Shown: positions 1-10,430 of the stretch, piece by piece
Layout: every line of letters begins with the position of its first letter
Numbering within the stretch: position 1 is the stretch's first letter
Source of the DNA: Octopus bimaculoides
Taxonomy: Eukaryota
Direction: 5' to 3'
NCBI RefSeq assembly: GCF_001194135.2
Contig: NC_069003.1
Location: 14,226,445 to 14,259,116, forward strand
DNA length: 32,672 nt
Notes under the pieces: model-generated
Seen by the model: only the letters and a program-made list of their open reading frames with translations
What the model was told of the DNA's origin: nothing
The model's database searches: none
Position numbers and translations under genes: made by a program

Positions 1-49
<49 letters not shown>
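1..49. repeat. (TC)n microsatellite
   Basis: Pure TC run from the window start. Confidence 0.98.
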
Positions 50-52
<3 letters not shown>

Positions 53-365
53 CCTGTGGTATTGTGATGATTTCCATTCGTCTCCTTTTCTCCATTTCAA
101 CAACGCCCCATACATAGTAGGCCATGGGATTTAGATGTAGCGAGTTTGGAGGCCACGAATTTGATCTTACATGATCGCAAAGATTGTCTGACATTCATTT
201 TTTGATTACGCGGGCTTTGTGAGAAGGTGGCGAGTTTGGTTTTCCACATCATACTTCATCTATGTAGGGCTTATTAACTATCTCCACTATTTCAACGTAT
301 CCAGCAGCATTAATTCTAAGGTCCAGTGGGAAGATGTGCGATGGTATGGCATGAGTATCTTTATA
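50..365 (-). mobile_element. Decayed maT/DD37D Tc1-mariner transposase fragment (catalytic C-terminal half)
   Basis: Minus strand reads AIPSHIFPLDLRINAAGYVEIVEIVNKPYIDEV*, then after a frameshift NSPPSHKARVIKK*MSDNLCDHVRSNSWPPNSLHLNPMAYYVWGVVE. This matches QQDxAPxH...WPPNSPDLNPxDYxVWG with 37 residues between the two (mutated) catalytic Asp positions. Confidence 0.88.
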
Positions 366-368
366 CAA

Positions 369-409
369 GTATGTATGTATGTACGTATATATGTATGTAT
401 GTATGTACG

Positions 410-443
<34 letters not shown>

Positions 444-490
444 TGTATGTATGTATGTATGTATGTATGTATGTATTATGTATGTATGTA
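369..490. repeat. (TATG)n compound microsatellite
   Basis: Direct tetranucleotide array. Confidence 0.97.
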
Positions 491-782
491 CTGCCACCCA
501 GACCATTGAAGCCATTAACCAATTAGGTTTTGAGGTGCACAATCACCCTGCCTACAGCTTAGATCTCGCCCCTTCCGTCAATCATATCTTTGGACCGTGC
601 AAATTATTACCAACCGAAAACCTTCTTCTTGGAGGGAATACACAAGCTTGTGGACCGCTGGGCCAAGTGCATCGAAAAGGAAGGGGACTATATAGAAAAA
701 TGATGAACTTCTTTAACCCCTGCTTTTATGTAAATGCATTGAAAAAACAAGAATAAGTATAATTTTTACCTTTCCATCGTAT
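490..782 (+). mobile_element. Decayed mariner (DD34D) 3' fragment with probable 3' TIR
   Basis: ATQTIEAINQLGFEVHNHPAYSLDLAPSVNHIFGPCK (HPPYSPDLAPSD motif), then FFLEGIHKLVDRWAKCIEKEGDYIEK* in another frame. It ends ...tttccatcgTA, resembling a mariner terminus. Confidence 0.88.
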
Positions 783-1220
783 ACACACACAAACACACAC
801 ACACACACATATGTATGTATATATATATATTTAGAGATGTTGTGTATTCTGAGACTAAAATCAACATGGCTTAATAAATTTTAAAAATTAAATTTTTTAT
901 TTCCTTTTGTCGTTTTAACACGCTTCTTATCTTTTGTTACAATTATTAAAATTTAATGAGGTAACTGATTTTATTTTTTAAAACCCTTCACAATAATTAC
1001 TAAACTATCCATTTAATTTCTTTAATGGAATTGAATATGTAAATCTAGGTAGATAAACCAACTGCAGCACTTAACACACAAATATGTAGCCTTAAGAAGC
1101 ATATTTTTTTATCGTGTGCACACTAACGAGGTTAATTGCAGCAAACTCATTAATCTTGTTATGTGTAAATGTAACTCTCACCTTGTTTTCGGTTCTTTTA
1201 CTTCTTCTTACTATTTGAAG

Positions 1221-1324
1221 TAATTTGAATGCAACGATGTCAGGGCGCAGCCTTCGAATACATTTGATCCTAATAATTTGTGAGGAAATCAATTTATTGG
1301 TTTCTAAAGACGCAAAGGTTACAG
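1221..1324 (+). CDS. Candidate exon (unidentified): MSGRSLRIHLILIICEEINLLVSKDAKVT-G, ATG at 1237
   Basis: Long pyrimidine tract 1175-1216, AG at 1219-1220, one open frame, donor CAG|gtaatc at 1324/1325. No homology recognised. Confidence 0.25.
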
Positions 1325-1422
1325 GTAATCTGGTACTAAATTGAGATAACCAGAATTTAAAGACGTACAACTGAATACCACAAGATTTTATCCCCTACTC
1401 CTGCTATGTTGTCATATACCTC

Positions 1423-1493
1423 GTTTTCTTTCTTTCTTTTTCTTTCTTTCTTTTTCTTTCTTTCTTTTTCTTTCTTTCTTTTTCTTTCTTTTT

Positions 1494-1544
<51 letters not shown>

Positions 1545-1615
1545 ATATATATGTGTGTGTGTGTGTATGTGTGTGTGCGTGTGTGTATGTGTGTGTGTGT
1601 ATGTGTGTGTGTGTA
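1423..1615. repeat. (TTTC)n followed by (TG)n microsatellites
   Basis: Direct reading; borders gap 1636-1927. Confidence 0.96.
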
Positions 1616-2459
1616 TAACGGTGAAAGGGAGAAAANNNNNNNNNNNNNNNNNNNNNNNNNNNNNNNNNNNNNNNNNNNNNNNNNNNNNNNNNNNNNNNNN
1701 NNNNNNNNNNNNNNNNNNNNNNNNNNNNNNNNNNNNNNNNNNNNNNNNNNNNNNNNNNNNNNNNNNNNNNNNNNNNNNNNNNNNNNNNNNNNNNNNNNNN
1801 NNNNNNNNNNNNNNNNNNNNNNNNNNNNNNNNNNNNNNNNNNNNNNNNNNNNNNNNNNNNNNNNNNNNNNNNNNNNNNNNNNNNNNNNNNNNNNNNNNNN
1901 NNNNNNNNNNNNNNNNNNNNNNNNNNNGTAAACAACATGAAGTTCGAAAACAAACGAGTTAAATACGCAGACAGCGAGAGAAAAAAATGGAAAGCAGGAC
2001 AAGTAAACACAGAGAACGATCCTACATCAGTTGTCGGCTGTCTAGCTACTCTCCATTTTGAGCATTCAACTACAATATGAGTCTTCAAAGACAGCTGCTC
2101 CCGTACATTCCAAAATAAAAGTTTGGATTTATGGAGTGTCAAAGTTGGGGACAAAAACAGGAGAGTGGAGACATGCAAGGAAACCGAACGAAGACAAGCA
2201 TGGAGGGTCGTTAGACCAGAACGAGAGGAAAATAGTGAACGCTGGGAGAAATATTTTCTATCTGTCTCTCCCCACCTTTTCTCTTTTTCTTTTTCTCGTT
2301 GCTCACACGTAACCATCGTCCATATTTCTTTCCCTCACGTTTCCATTTTTCTTTTTCTGCACGACGTTATAAGAACTGGACGCTTTCTTTCTCTCTCTTC
2401 TATCTTTTCTCTTTTCCAAGAAAATACTTCTCCCAGCGTTCACTGTTTTCCTCATGTAT

Positions 2460-2664
2460 TTGTGTGTCTGTGCTTTTCCCTCACCATCACTTGCTAACCG
2501 ATGTTGATGTGATTACGTACCTGTAACGTAGCGGTTTGGAAAAAGAGACCGATGGAATAAGTACTAGGCTTACAAGGAATTAGTCCTGGGTCGATTTGTT
2601 CGACTAAAGGCGGCGCTCCAGCATGGCGGGTGTCAAATGACTGAAACAAGTAAAAGAATAAAAG
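2460..2664 (+). mobile_element. SINE family A (CORE-like tRNA SINE), 3' half
   Basis: Contains AATAAGTACTAGGCTTACAAGG...TCGACTAAAGGCGGCGCTCCAGCATGG...TGACTGAAACAAGTAAAAG, shared with copies at 6331, 9570, 15521, 24919 and 31535. Confidence 0.9.
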
Positions 2665-3616
2665 TATATGTGTATGTGTGTGTGTGTGTGTGTACATATT
2701 CAAAATAATCAACCAATTGGAACGACTGATGACCGTTCCTCATAAGGAAGCCAACCAGGCTGAACGACGAACTTGATCACCGGAAAAACATGACGTCATC
2801 AGTACGTTAACGAATCAAAAATCAGATCAGCTCGCAGAAATAATTATAAATAGACCGGATTCCCAAACACACCGTTACAAGCGAAAGTTCCTTCACACGA
2901 CGGAAAGAGGATCAGAGAAATTGTTAACCAAATCCCTTTTTTTCACTATCTTCATTTCTGCCTTGTTTTTTCCCCTCTTAAATCAGTATGACCGAAACTT
3001 TGATGCTATTCATATCATGTCGATCACTACTAACACTATGGAGCTTTGTACATTCAAACAAATTGATGCACGGTTTTAATATTATTGACTGTTATGAACA
3101 TTTAAACTTGTTCACATCGAAATTTTTGAACATATTGTTCTAATTCATAATTCTAAATTTTTACCATTGATAAACAAAAAATGTTGTTGAAAGTAGTTTG
3201 GTATATATGTAAATAAATTTATTTTAAACAATTACAGGTTTTCAAATTTAGGTGCATTTTCAAGAACAAATTTGCTTGTATTTTTTCCTGATACACTCAA
3301 GATATTCTCAAGAATTCATTAAAAAACAGTCTCAATCACTGCTATAATCCATAACTGAGTCACTTTTAGGTCACTTGACCATTTAACATCCTACTACTAT
3401 CATACCTACTACTATCTTATCCTCTCTTCTCTTTCTCATTCTTCTTCGTCTTCTTCCTCTCCGTACCACTATTGCTGTTTAGAATAACACCTACGCAAAT
3501 ATTATAAACAATAGTCAAAAGAGATCTCTCAAGAATTCAATAACTAATACCATCCACAAGTCACATTCAGGGCACTTGACCATTTCACATCCTCCTACTA
3601 TAATGGCACTCCCGCA

Positions 3617-3771
3617 TTGTTGTTGTTGTTGTTGTTGTTGTTCTTCTTCTTCTTCTTCTTCTTCTTCTTCTTCTTCTTCTTTTTCTTCTTCTTCTTCTTT
3701 TTCTTCTTCTTCTTCTTCTTCTTCTTCTTCTTCTTTTTCTTCTTCTTCTTCTTCTTCTTCTTCTTCTTCTT
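3617..3771. repeat. (TTG)n-(TTC)n compound trinucleotide repeat
   Basis: Direct reading; runs into a gap. Confidence 0.98.
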
Positions 3772-4374
3772 NNNNNNNNNNNNNNNNNNNNNNNNNNNNN
3801 NNNNNNNNNNNNNNNNNNNNNNNNNNNNNNNNNNNNNNNNNNNNNNNNNNNNNNNNNNNNNNNNNNNNNNNNNNNNNNNNNNNNNNNNNNNNNNNNNNNN
3901 NNNNNNNNNNNNNNNNNNNNNNNNNNNNNNNNNNNNNNNNNNNNNNNNNNNNNNNNNNNNNNNNNNNNNNNNNNNNNNNNNNNNNNNNNNNNNNNNNNNN
4001 NNNNNNNNNNNNNNNNNNNNNNNNNNNNNNNNNNNNNNNNNNNNNNNNNNNNNNNNNNNNNNNNNNNNNNNNNNNNNNNNNNNNNNNNNNNNNNNNNNNN
4101 NNNNNNNNNNNNNNNNNNNNNNNNNNNNNNNNNNNNNNNNNNNNNNNNNNNNNNNNNNNNNNNNNNNNNNNNNNNNNNNNNNNNNNNNNNNNNNNNNNNN
4201 NNNNNNNNNNNNNNNNNNNNNNNNNNNNNNNNNNNNNNNNNNNNNNNNNNNNNNNNNNNNNNNNNNNNNNNNNNNNNNNNNNNNNNNNNNNNNNNNNNNN
4301 NNNNNNNNNNNNNNNNNNNNNNNNNNNNNNNNNNNNNNNNNNNNNNNNNNNNNNNNNNNNNNNNNNNNNNNNNN

Positions 4375-4448
<74 letters not shown>
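4375..4448. repeat. (CA)n microsatellite
   Basis: Direct reading. Confidence 0.98.
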
Positions 4449-4452
<4 letters not shown>

Positions 4453-4570
4453 TCACTACCCTAGCCCTCTACTTCCTGTTCCCACAACCCACAAATTATC
4501 TCACCGTATTCCGAATGTCTGTCTACTATATTTCTTGTGTATGGTCGTCTCGATGCTTTTCAAAATGAAA

Positions 4571-4648
4571 TTGCCGAAGTGGAATGTAGGGATCGAACTC
4601 GGAACATCTCGTTTGTGAAACAAACTTCTTAACCCAGCAGCCATCCCA
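4571..4648 (-). mobile_element. Isolated tRNA-like SINE head (family A-like)
   Basis: Minus strand GGATGGCTGCTGGGTTAAGAAG...GAGTTCGATCCC gives Pol III A-box-like and B-box motifs at tRNA spacing. Confidence 0.65.
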
Positions 4649-4659
4649 TTATAAACGAA

Positions 4660-4918
4660 ATAAAGCACCTTGTTGAAACCCAGTTCCCCTATGGCCGGTT
4701 ACCCGTGTTCTGTGGAATATTAGAGACAGACATAAAACCTTCCTCCAAACGGAAAACCAGTCGGTTGCAGGATTACACAATGGTGGTTGGGTGGACTGGA
4801 GTAACGTGAAATGAAGTGTTTTGATGAAAAACACAACGCACTATTCGGTCTGGTCCGTGAATCTAAACCACGACCTTCCGTTTATAAGTTCAACACCCTA
4901 ACCACTACGCCACGCGCC
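4660..4918 (-). mobile_element. SINE family B, near full length
   Basis: Minus head GGCGCGTGGCGTAGTGGTTAGGGTG (A box). Body AAAACACTTCATTTCACGTTACTCCAGTCCAC is shared with 13035 and 25750. Confidence 0.85.
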
Positions 4919-5039
4919 TACACACACACACACACACACAGAGGAAGTAAGGACTATCTCAAGTCTTGGGAATCATAGGACCAATTATCCATTTCTATGA
5001 CATGGGCAATGCGACTCGTAAGGAGGATGCCCTTCTGTC

Positions 5040-5132
5040 GCAGGGAGACTGAATAACGGCCGGGTGAATTTTAGTGTTTTGCTGAAAAAAGCCAACACAC
5101 TGCTTGGTCCGTTCCGGGAATCGAAACCACAG
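5040..5132 (-). mobile_element. SINE family B-like fragment cut by gap
   Basis: Minus strand GTGGTTTCGATTCCCGGAACGGACC (B box) followed by family-B-like body. Confidence 0.65.
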
Positions 5133-5774
5133 NNNNNNNNNNNNNNNNNNNNNNNNNNNNNNNNNNNNNNNNNNNNNNNNNNNNNNNNNNNNNNNNNNNN
5201 NNNNNNNNNNNNNNNNNNNNNNNNNNNNNNNNNNNNNNNNNNNNNNNNNNNNNNNNNNNNNNNNNNNNNNNNNNNNNNNNNNNNNNNNNNNNNNNNNNNN
5301 NNNNNNNNNNNNNNNNNNNNNNNNNNNNNNNNNNNNNNNNNNNNNNNNNNNNNNNNNNNNNNNNNNNNNNNNNNNNNNNNNNNNNNNNNNNNNNNNNNNN
5401 NNNNNNNNNNNNNNNNNNNNNNNNNNNNNNNNNNNNNNNNNNNNNNNNNNNNNNNNNNNNNNNNNNNNNNNNNNNNNNNNNNNNNNNNNNNNNNNNNNNN
5501 NNNNNNNNNNNNNNNNNNNNNNNNNNNNNNNNNNNNNNNNNNNNNNNNNNNNNNNNNNNNNNNNNNNNNTGTAAAGTTCATTTCATTAAACTTAATCAAC
5601 GAATATATGTTTTATGCTTAATTAATTAATTAATTGGTTAAATCATTAATAAGGTATATTTTGATACGTTGATAATTTTTGTGGTTTATTTTAAAATATA
5701 TCGGGTTCCCATCTGAATATATAATTATACAAGGTTAAATTTAGTCATTCATAGAAATTAAAATATTCGCCACA

Positions 5775-5782
5775 TACATACA

Positions 5783-5813
<31 letters not shown>

Positions 5814-5821
5814 CTATATAT

Positions 5822-5857
<36 letters not shown>

Positions 5858-6325
5858 ATATATACTCATATATATATATATCTTAATTCGTACATGTATT
5901 GACGCACAAACACGGTACATAACTGCATACATACATAAATTACATACATACATACTTACATATATACTTACATGCAAAACGCAAGCGCGCGCGCAAACAC
6001 ACACATACATATATGTATGAACTTAAGTACATACATTTATATCTACATGCAGACATGTATACATTCCTGAAACAATATATATATATCTGTACACACCGAT
6101 GTGTATGTGTGTATGTGTATGTATGCATATGTATGCGCATATCAATCTTTGTATACATTTGTGTGACAGTAACAATGCATGCGTATATAATTGCGATAAT
6201 TGCACACATACACACAAATATGCATATGTAAAACTATATATATATATATATATATATGTATCTCTATGCATACACACACAAACAAACACACACACACACA
6301 CAAACATATTACAAATATATGCATG
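5775..6325. repeat. Compound (TACA)n/(TG)n/(TA)n/(CA)n low-complexity tract
   Basis: Direct reading. Confidence 0.92.
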
Positions 6326-6330
6326 ATTTT

Positions 6331-6668
6331 ATTCTTTTATTTTTTATTTGTTTCAGCCATTTGATTGCGGCCATGCTGGAGCACCGCCTTTAGTCGACGT
6401 ATTCTTTGTAAGCCTAGTACTTATTCTATCGGTTCTTTTGCCGAACCGCTGAGTTACGGGGACGTAAACACGATAACGTTGGTTGTCAAGCAGTTGTTAA
6501 CCAGACACACGAATACACAGACACACACGTACGACGGGCTTCTTTTGGTTTCCGTCTACCAAATCCACTCACAAGGCTTTGGTCAGCCCGAGGCTATAAT
6601 AGCGGGACTGAACACGGAACCATGTAGTTGGTAAGCAAACTACTTACTACACACTCACTCCTACACCT
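6331..6668 (-). mobile_element. SINE family A, near full length with two internal deletions
   Basis: Minus head ...GTAGTAAGTAGTTTGCTTACCAACTACATGGTTCCGTGTTCAGTCCC (B box), body GCCTTGTGAGTGGATTTGGTAGACGGAAAC, and tail matching the other A copies. Confidence 0.92.
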
Positions 6669-6959
6669 ACATATATATTTATACACACATACATGTTTAC
6701 ATACATTAATACATAAACAAAACACGCTCTCACACACACACACACATCTATGCATATATGTGTGTAAATGTACTTCATAAGACAACACAGCATTATATAG
6801 ACTCATGTGTATACAAAAATATGTTCTACACGCATCATGTAGCAATATAAAGCCAATATATACATTAATATTTGTCAGCATTTATGTTCGATAATTGATC
6901 CGATGCCTTTTTTAATCTCCTAGCAGGGGGCGGAGTGTTTTCCTATTGTACAGCACACT

Positions 6960-7038
6960 TTATCTATCAATCTATCCATCAATCCCCCCGTCCGTCTATC
7001 TGTCTATCTATCTCTCTATCTCTCTATCTCTCTATCTC

Positions 7039-7117
<79 letters not shown>

Positions 7118-7261
7118 NNNNNNNNNNNNNNNNNNNNNNNNNNNNNNNNNNNNNNNNNNNNNNNNNNNNNNNNNNNNNNNNNNNNNNNNNNNNNNNNNNN
7201 NNNNNNNNNNNNNNNNNNNNNNNNNNNNNNNNNNNNNNNNNNNNNNNNNNNNNNNNNNNNN

Positions 7262-7292
<31 letters not shown>

Positions 7293-7310
7293 TTATATAT
7301 ATATATATAA
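6960..7310. repeat. (TATC)n/(TC)n/(TA)n compound microsatellite spanning a gap
   Basis: Direct reading. Confidence 0.94.
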
Positions 7311-8156
7311 TACTTTTTTTAAAACTTTTTTAGTCATATATACATACAAATAATTTCCATTCCTCTTCTCACTATCTCGACCAATAATTCTATACCTTTC
7401 ACTACTACACTTTAACAAACTCAACACAATAGGCTACTATTCATATACTATCTACTCCACCCTCCTATTCATCTTCCGACTCTCCACATCTACTACTCCT
7501 CCCTTACTAGCCTCATTATTAACCCCTCACTCGTCTTGAACTATCTTTTCTCCTCTCACCATTCCCTGTCTTAATACCTTCTCCAGTCCCCCCCTCTAAT
7601 ACACTTAGCTCTCTACATTTAATCATTCCATCTTTGAACTTCGCCTTAAGATCTGAAATATAAGATCTTCTCTACCCAGATAACGGAGGCTTTTCTCATC
7701 CTATATTAAATGCATCCATACAGCCGCATTATTATGGATCCCCGACCCCCCAGAAACAACTGTTGCGCTTATATAACCTTTCTTCCACCCCTGTAATTTT
7801 CTCTATCGTTTGTACTCTGTCTAAAGTGGACCTATTTATATAACTATCTATATATTTATACATATAAATTCATCATTCGTCATCTCAAAGTTTCCACCGG
7901 TTGTCTTCTCTCGTTTTGCATGTACACATATATACATATTTTGTATTTGATGTATTTACTATATTTAATATATTCAATGCATCGAATTTGTTTATTTCCA
8001 TAATTGCTTCTATTCCCGTTCAAACGGATCTCTCTTATAACTTTTCTTTACCTTGTGGAATGATCCCACTGTAAAGACAGCGGAGTCTAAGTTTGAATCT
8101 TTTGAGCACAACTAAGTCTCTTCTTTGCGGAGAATCTCTGAATCTCATCTCTGAAC

Positions 8157-8224
<68 letters not shown>

Positions 8225-8275
8225 CGTGTGCGTGCGTATGTGAGTGTGTGTTGCATGTGTGTGTGCGCGTGTAGT
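8157..8275. repeat. (TA)n/(TG)n microsatellite
   Basis: Direct reading. Confidence 0.94.
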
Positions 8276-8276
8276 G

Positions 8277-8583
8277 GACTCTCCTGTCAAAGACGGCAGA
8301 TGAGAGTGGGTTCTGGTACTTTTTGCTCAACCATCTGCAAGGAAGATTTGTTTACAATGATCAGATGTTTGTGCTGTACCATTAGCTCACTCCCTCCTTC
8401 AAATCGACATTCCATGGACAAGTGTACCGCGTACCACACATCAAGTGTCGAAGTGATCAGTGAGCAACGAGAAATGAAATATGTTTTTTTTCTTTTGCAA
8501 GAACGCATCATACCACCCGATCCAGGATTCGAAACCACGATCTTTGTAATTGTAAGAGTAACACCGTAACCACTAGAACGCGT
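8277..8583 (-). mobile_element. SINE family D (tRNA head, distinct body)
   Basis: Minus head CGCGTTCTAGTGGTTACGGTG...GGTTTCGAATCCTGG (A/B boxes) and B-like TTTCATTTCTCGTTGCTC, followed by a body not shared with families A-C. Confidence 0.75.
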
Positions 8584-9451
8584 GAGGGTGTTCGGACTGC
8601 ATTTGACAGTTCGCATATAAGGAAAAGAAAACTCACCATTCCATCCCAAAATAGAAGTATTTGAAAAAGTCCAAATACATCAACTTGATTATGCCTGAGA
8701 GATAACATTTTACTCAAAGTAACCGCCGTCAGCTTCCAGTACAGCCTTAAGACGGCTCCGGGACCTGGCACATGCGTTCCTTATTGTGTCTCTGGTCTCC
8801 GAACACCCCTTTGATCTTGGCCGCCAGTTCAGCCTTGGTAGGTAGAGTGTTTGGTGTCTTTCTCAGCCGTGCCCCACATATAGTAATCCATAGAGTTACA
8901 ATCAGAGGGATTAGGAGGTCAGAAAATGGTATCGGTGAAGTCGTTGAAACTCTAGGAGAAACATTTCTATCTCTCACCGGAAGGCGAGTACTGCTGCCAC
9001 ATATCGTCTTCCAGCAGCAAACCACTCAAGCCAGGCTTCTGCCACAGTCCCCAGCAACTTCATATAGCTGTTTGAATTGATCCAAAGGCTCTGTTCATTA
9101 GTTGTCGTATGAATTCCAGCATGCAGTATAGTTAACGCCTGTTGCGTCACTTACTTACTGGCTGTGACTTCGTAGACTTCGTTGCAGGTAGGTCACTTCT
9201 TATAGACTTTGTAGTTTTCATACAACATTGAGCAGCGGCCATGATGTCAGCATTTTGATACCCGGCGTGAATAATGATGATACAGGTAACTCTTTTACAA
9301 TTTTCAGATAGCTTCCACTCCTATATACAAGCTAAATTTTTCGCAACTACAACTTTTATTTTTATGCTCTCCAACGCCGATAACTGTTCACTAAGCTGTT
9401 CCCGAAGAAAGGAGATATAAACAATCGCCAAATTTAGGTCCGAACTCTATA
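8584..9451 (-). mobile_element. Internally deleted maT/DD37D-type element with both degraded TIRs (~870 bp)
   Basis: Minus strand pieces: IIIIHAGYQNADIMAAAQCCMKTTKSIRSDL (HTH-like N-terminus); LWINSNSYMKLLGTVAEAWLE; WQQYSP...F*PPNPSDCNSMDYYMWG; NACARSRSRLKAVLEADGGYFE* (stop 8710-8712). TIR-like GAGGGTGTTCGGACTGCATTTGAC at 8584 versus the inverse of CGCCAAATTTAGGTCCGAACTCTAT ending at 9450. Confidence 0.88.
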
Positions 9452-9569
9452 CGCACACATACAGTTATATCGTAAGATAACGATGAATATACATATGTAT
9501 AGAGACAAGAAGACTATAAAAATATACACATATATATTTTCATATTACTCATTTTTCTATCAGATATAT

Positions 9570-9963
9570 TCTTTGATGCTTTTACTTGTTCCAATCATTT
9601 TCACTGCGGTCACGTTGGACCCCCGCCTTAAAGGGTTTTAGAAGAAGAAATCGACCCCAGAACGTATTATTTGTAAGCCTACTGTTTATTCTACCAGTCT
9701 TTTTGCCGAACTGCTAAGTTACGGGGACATAAGCACACCAGCGTCAGTTGTCAAGCGGTGGTGAGGGAAGAAAGTCAAAGTCACCCCGACATAAATATAT
9801 GCTTATATATATATATATATGACGGCCTTCTTTCTGTTTCCGTCTACCAAATTTACTAACAACGTTTTGGTCGACCCGAGGCTACAAGAGAAGACACATG
9901 CCCATGGTGTCACGCAGTGGGACTGAACTCGGAACCGTGTGATTAGGAAGCAAGCTTGCGCCT
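9570..9963 (-). mobile_element. SINE family A, near full length, internal (TA)n expansion
   Basis: Aligns along its length with the other A copies. Includes the CORE-like segment (minus GACACCATGGGCATGTGTCTTCT) and B box GAGTTCAGTCCC. Confidence 0.9.
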
Positions 9964-10148
9964 ATATATATATATATATATATNNNNNNNNNNNNNNNNN
10001 NNNNNNNNNNNNNNNNNNNNNNNNNNNNNNNNNNNNNNNNNNNNNNNNNNNNNNNNNNNNNNNNNNNNNNNNNNNNNNNNNNNNNNNNNNNNNNNNNNNN
10101 NNNNNNNNNNNNNNNNNNNNNNNNNNNNNNNNNNNNNNNNNNNNNNNN

Positions 10149-10188
<40 letters not shown>

Positions 10189-10430
10189 GTGTGCGTGTGT
10201 GTTTGTGTGTGAGTGTATGTATGTGTGTGTGTACGTGTGTGTGTGTTTTATGTATATACACACACAAACAACGCACGCAAACACAGGTGTATCTGTCCTG
10301 TTTATTTTCTTTTCCGTCGAACAATCCGTTTGTTTCTTTCTCTTCCTCTCTCTCCCTCTCTCTCTACGTACCTACGTACCTACCCACCTACCTACCTACC
10401 TACCTACCTACCTACCTACCTACCTACCTA
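10149..10430. repeat. (GT)n and (CTAC)n microsatellites
   Basis: Direct reading. Confidence 0.93.

Noticed and set aside
1230-1370. LRR-like fragments on minus (LNLVPDYL, SNVFEGCALTSLH)
   Set aside because: Requires stitching frames across several stops, with no complete LxxLxLxxN repeat.
2726-2750. CTGATGA followed by a TTCCT-CATA-AGGAA hairpin as a hammerhead
   Set aside because: No GAAA after the stem and no stem I or III partner.
3540-3617. GGCEMVKCPECDLW as a RING/IBR or PHD finger
   Set aside because: Too few ligands, and the duplicated copy upstream has stops at the same positions.
8772-9080. Plus-strand 102-aa ORF
   Set aside because: Antisense of the maT transposase remnant.
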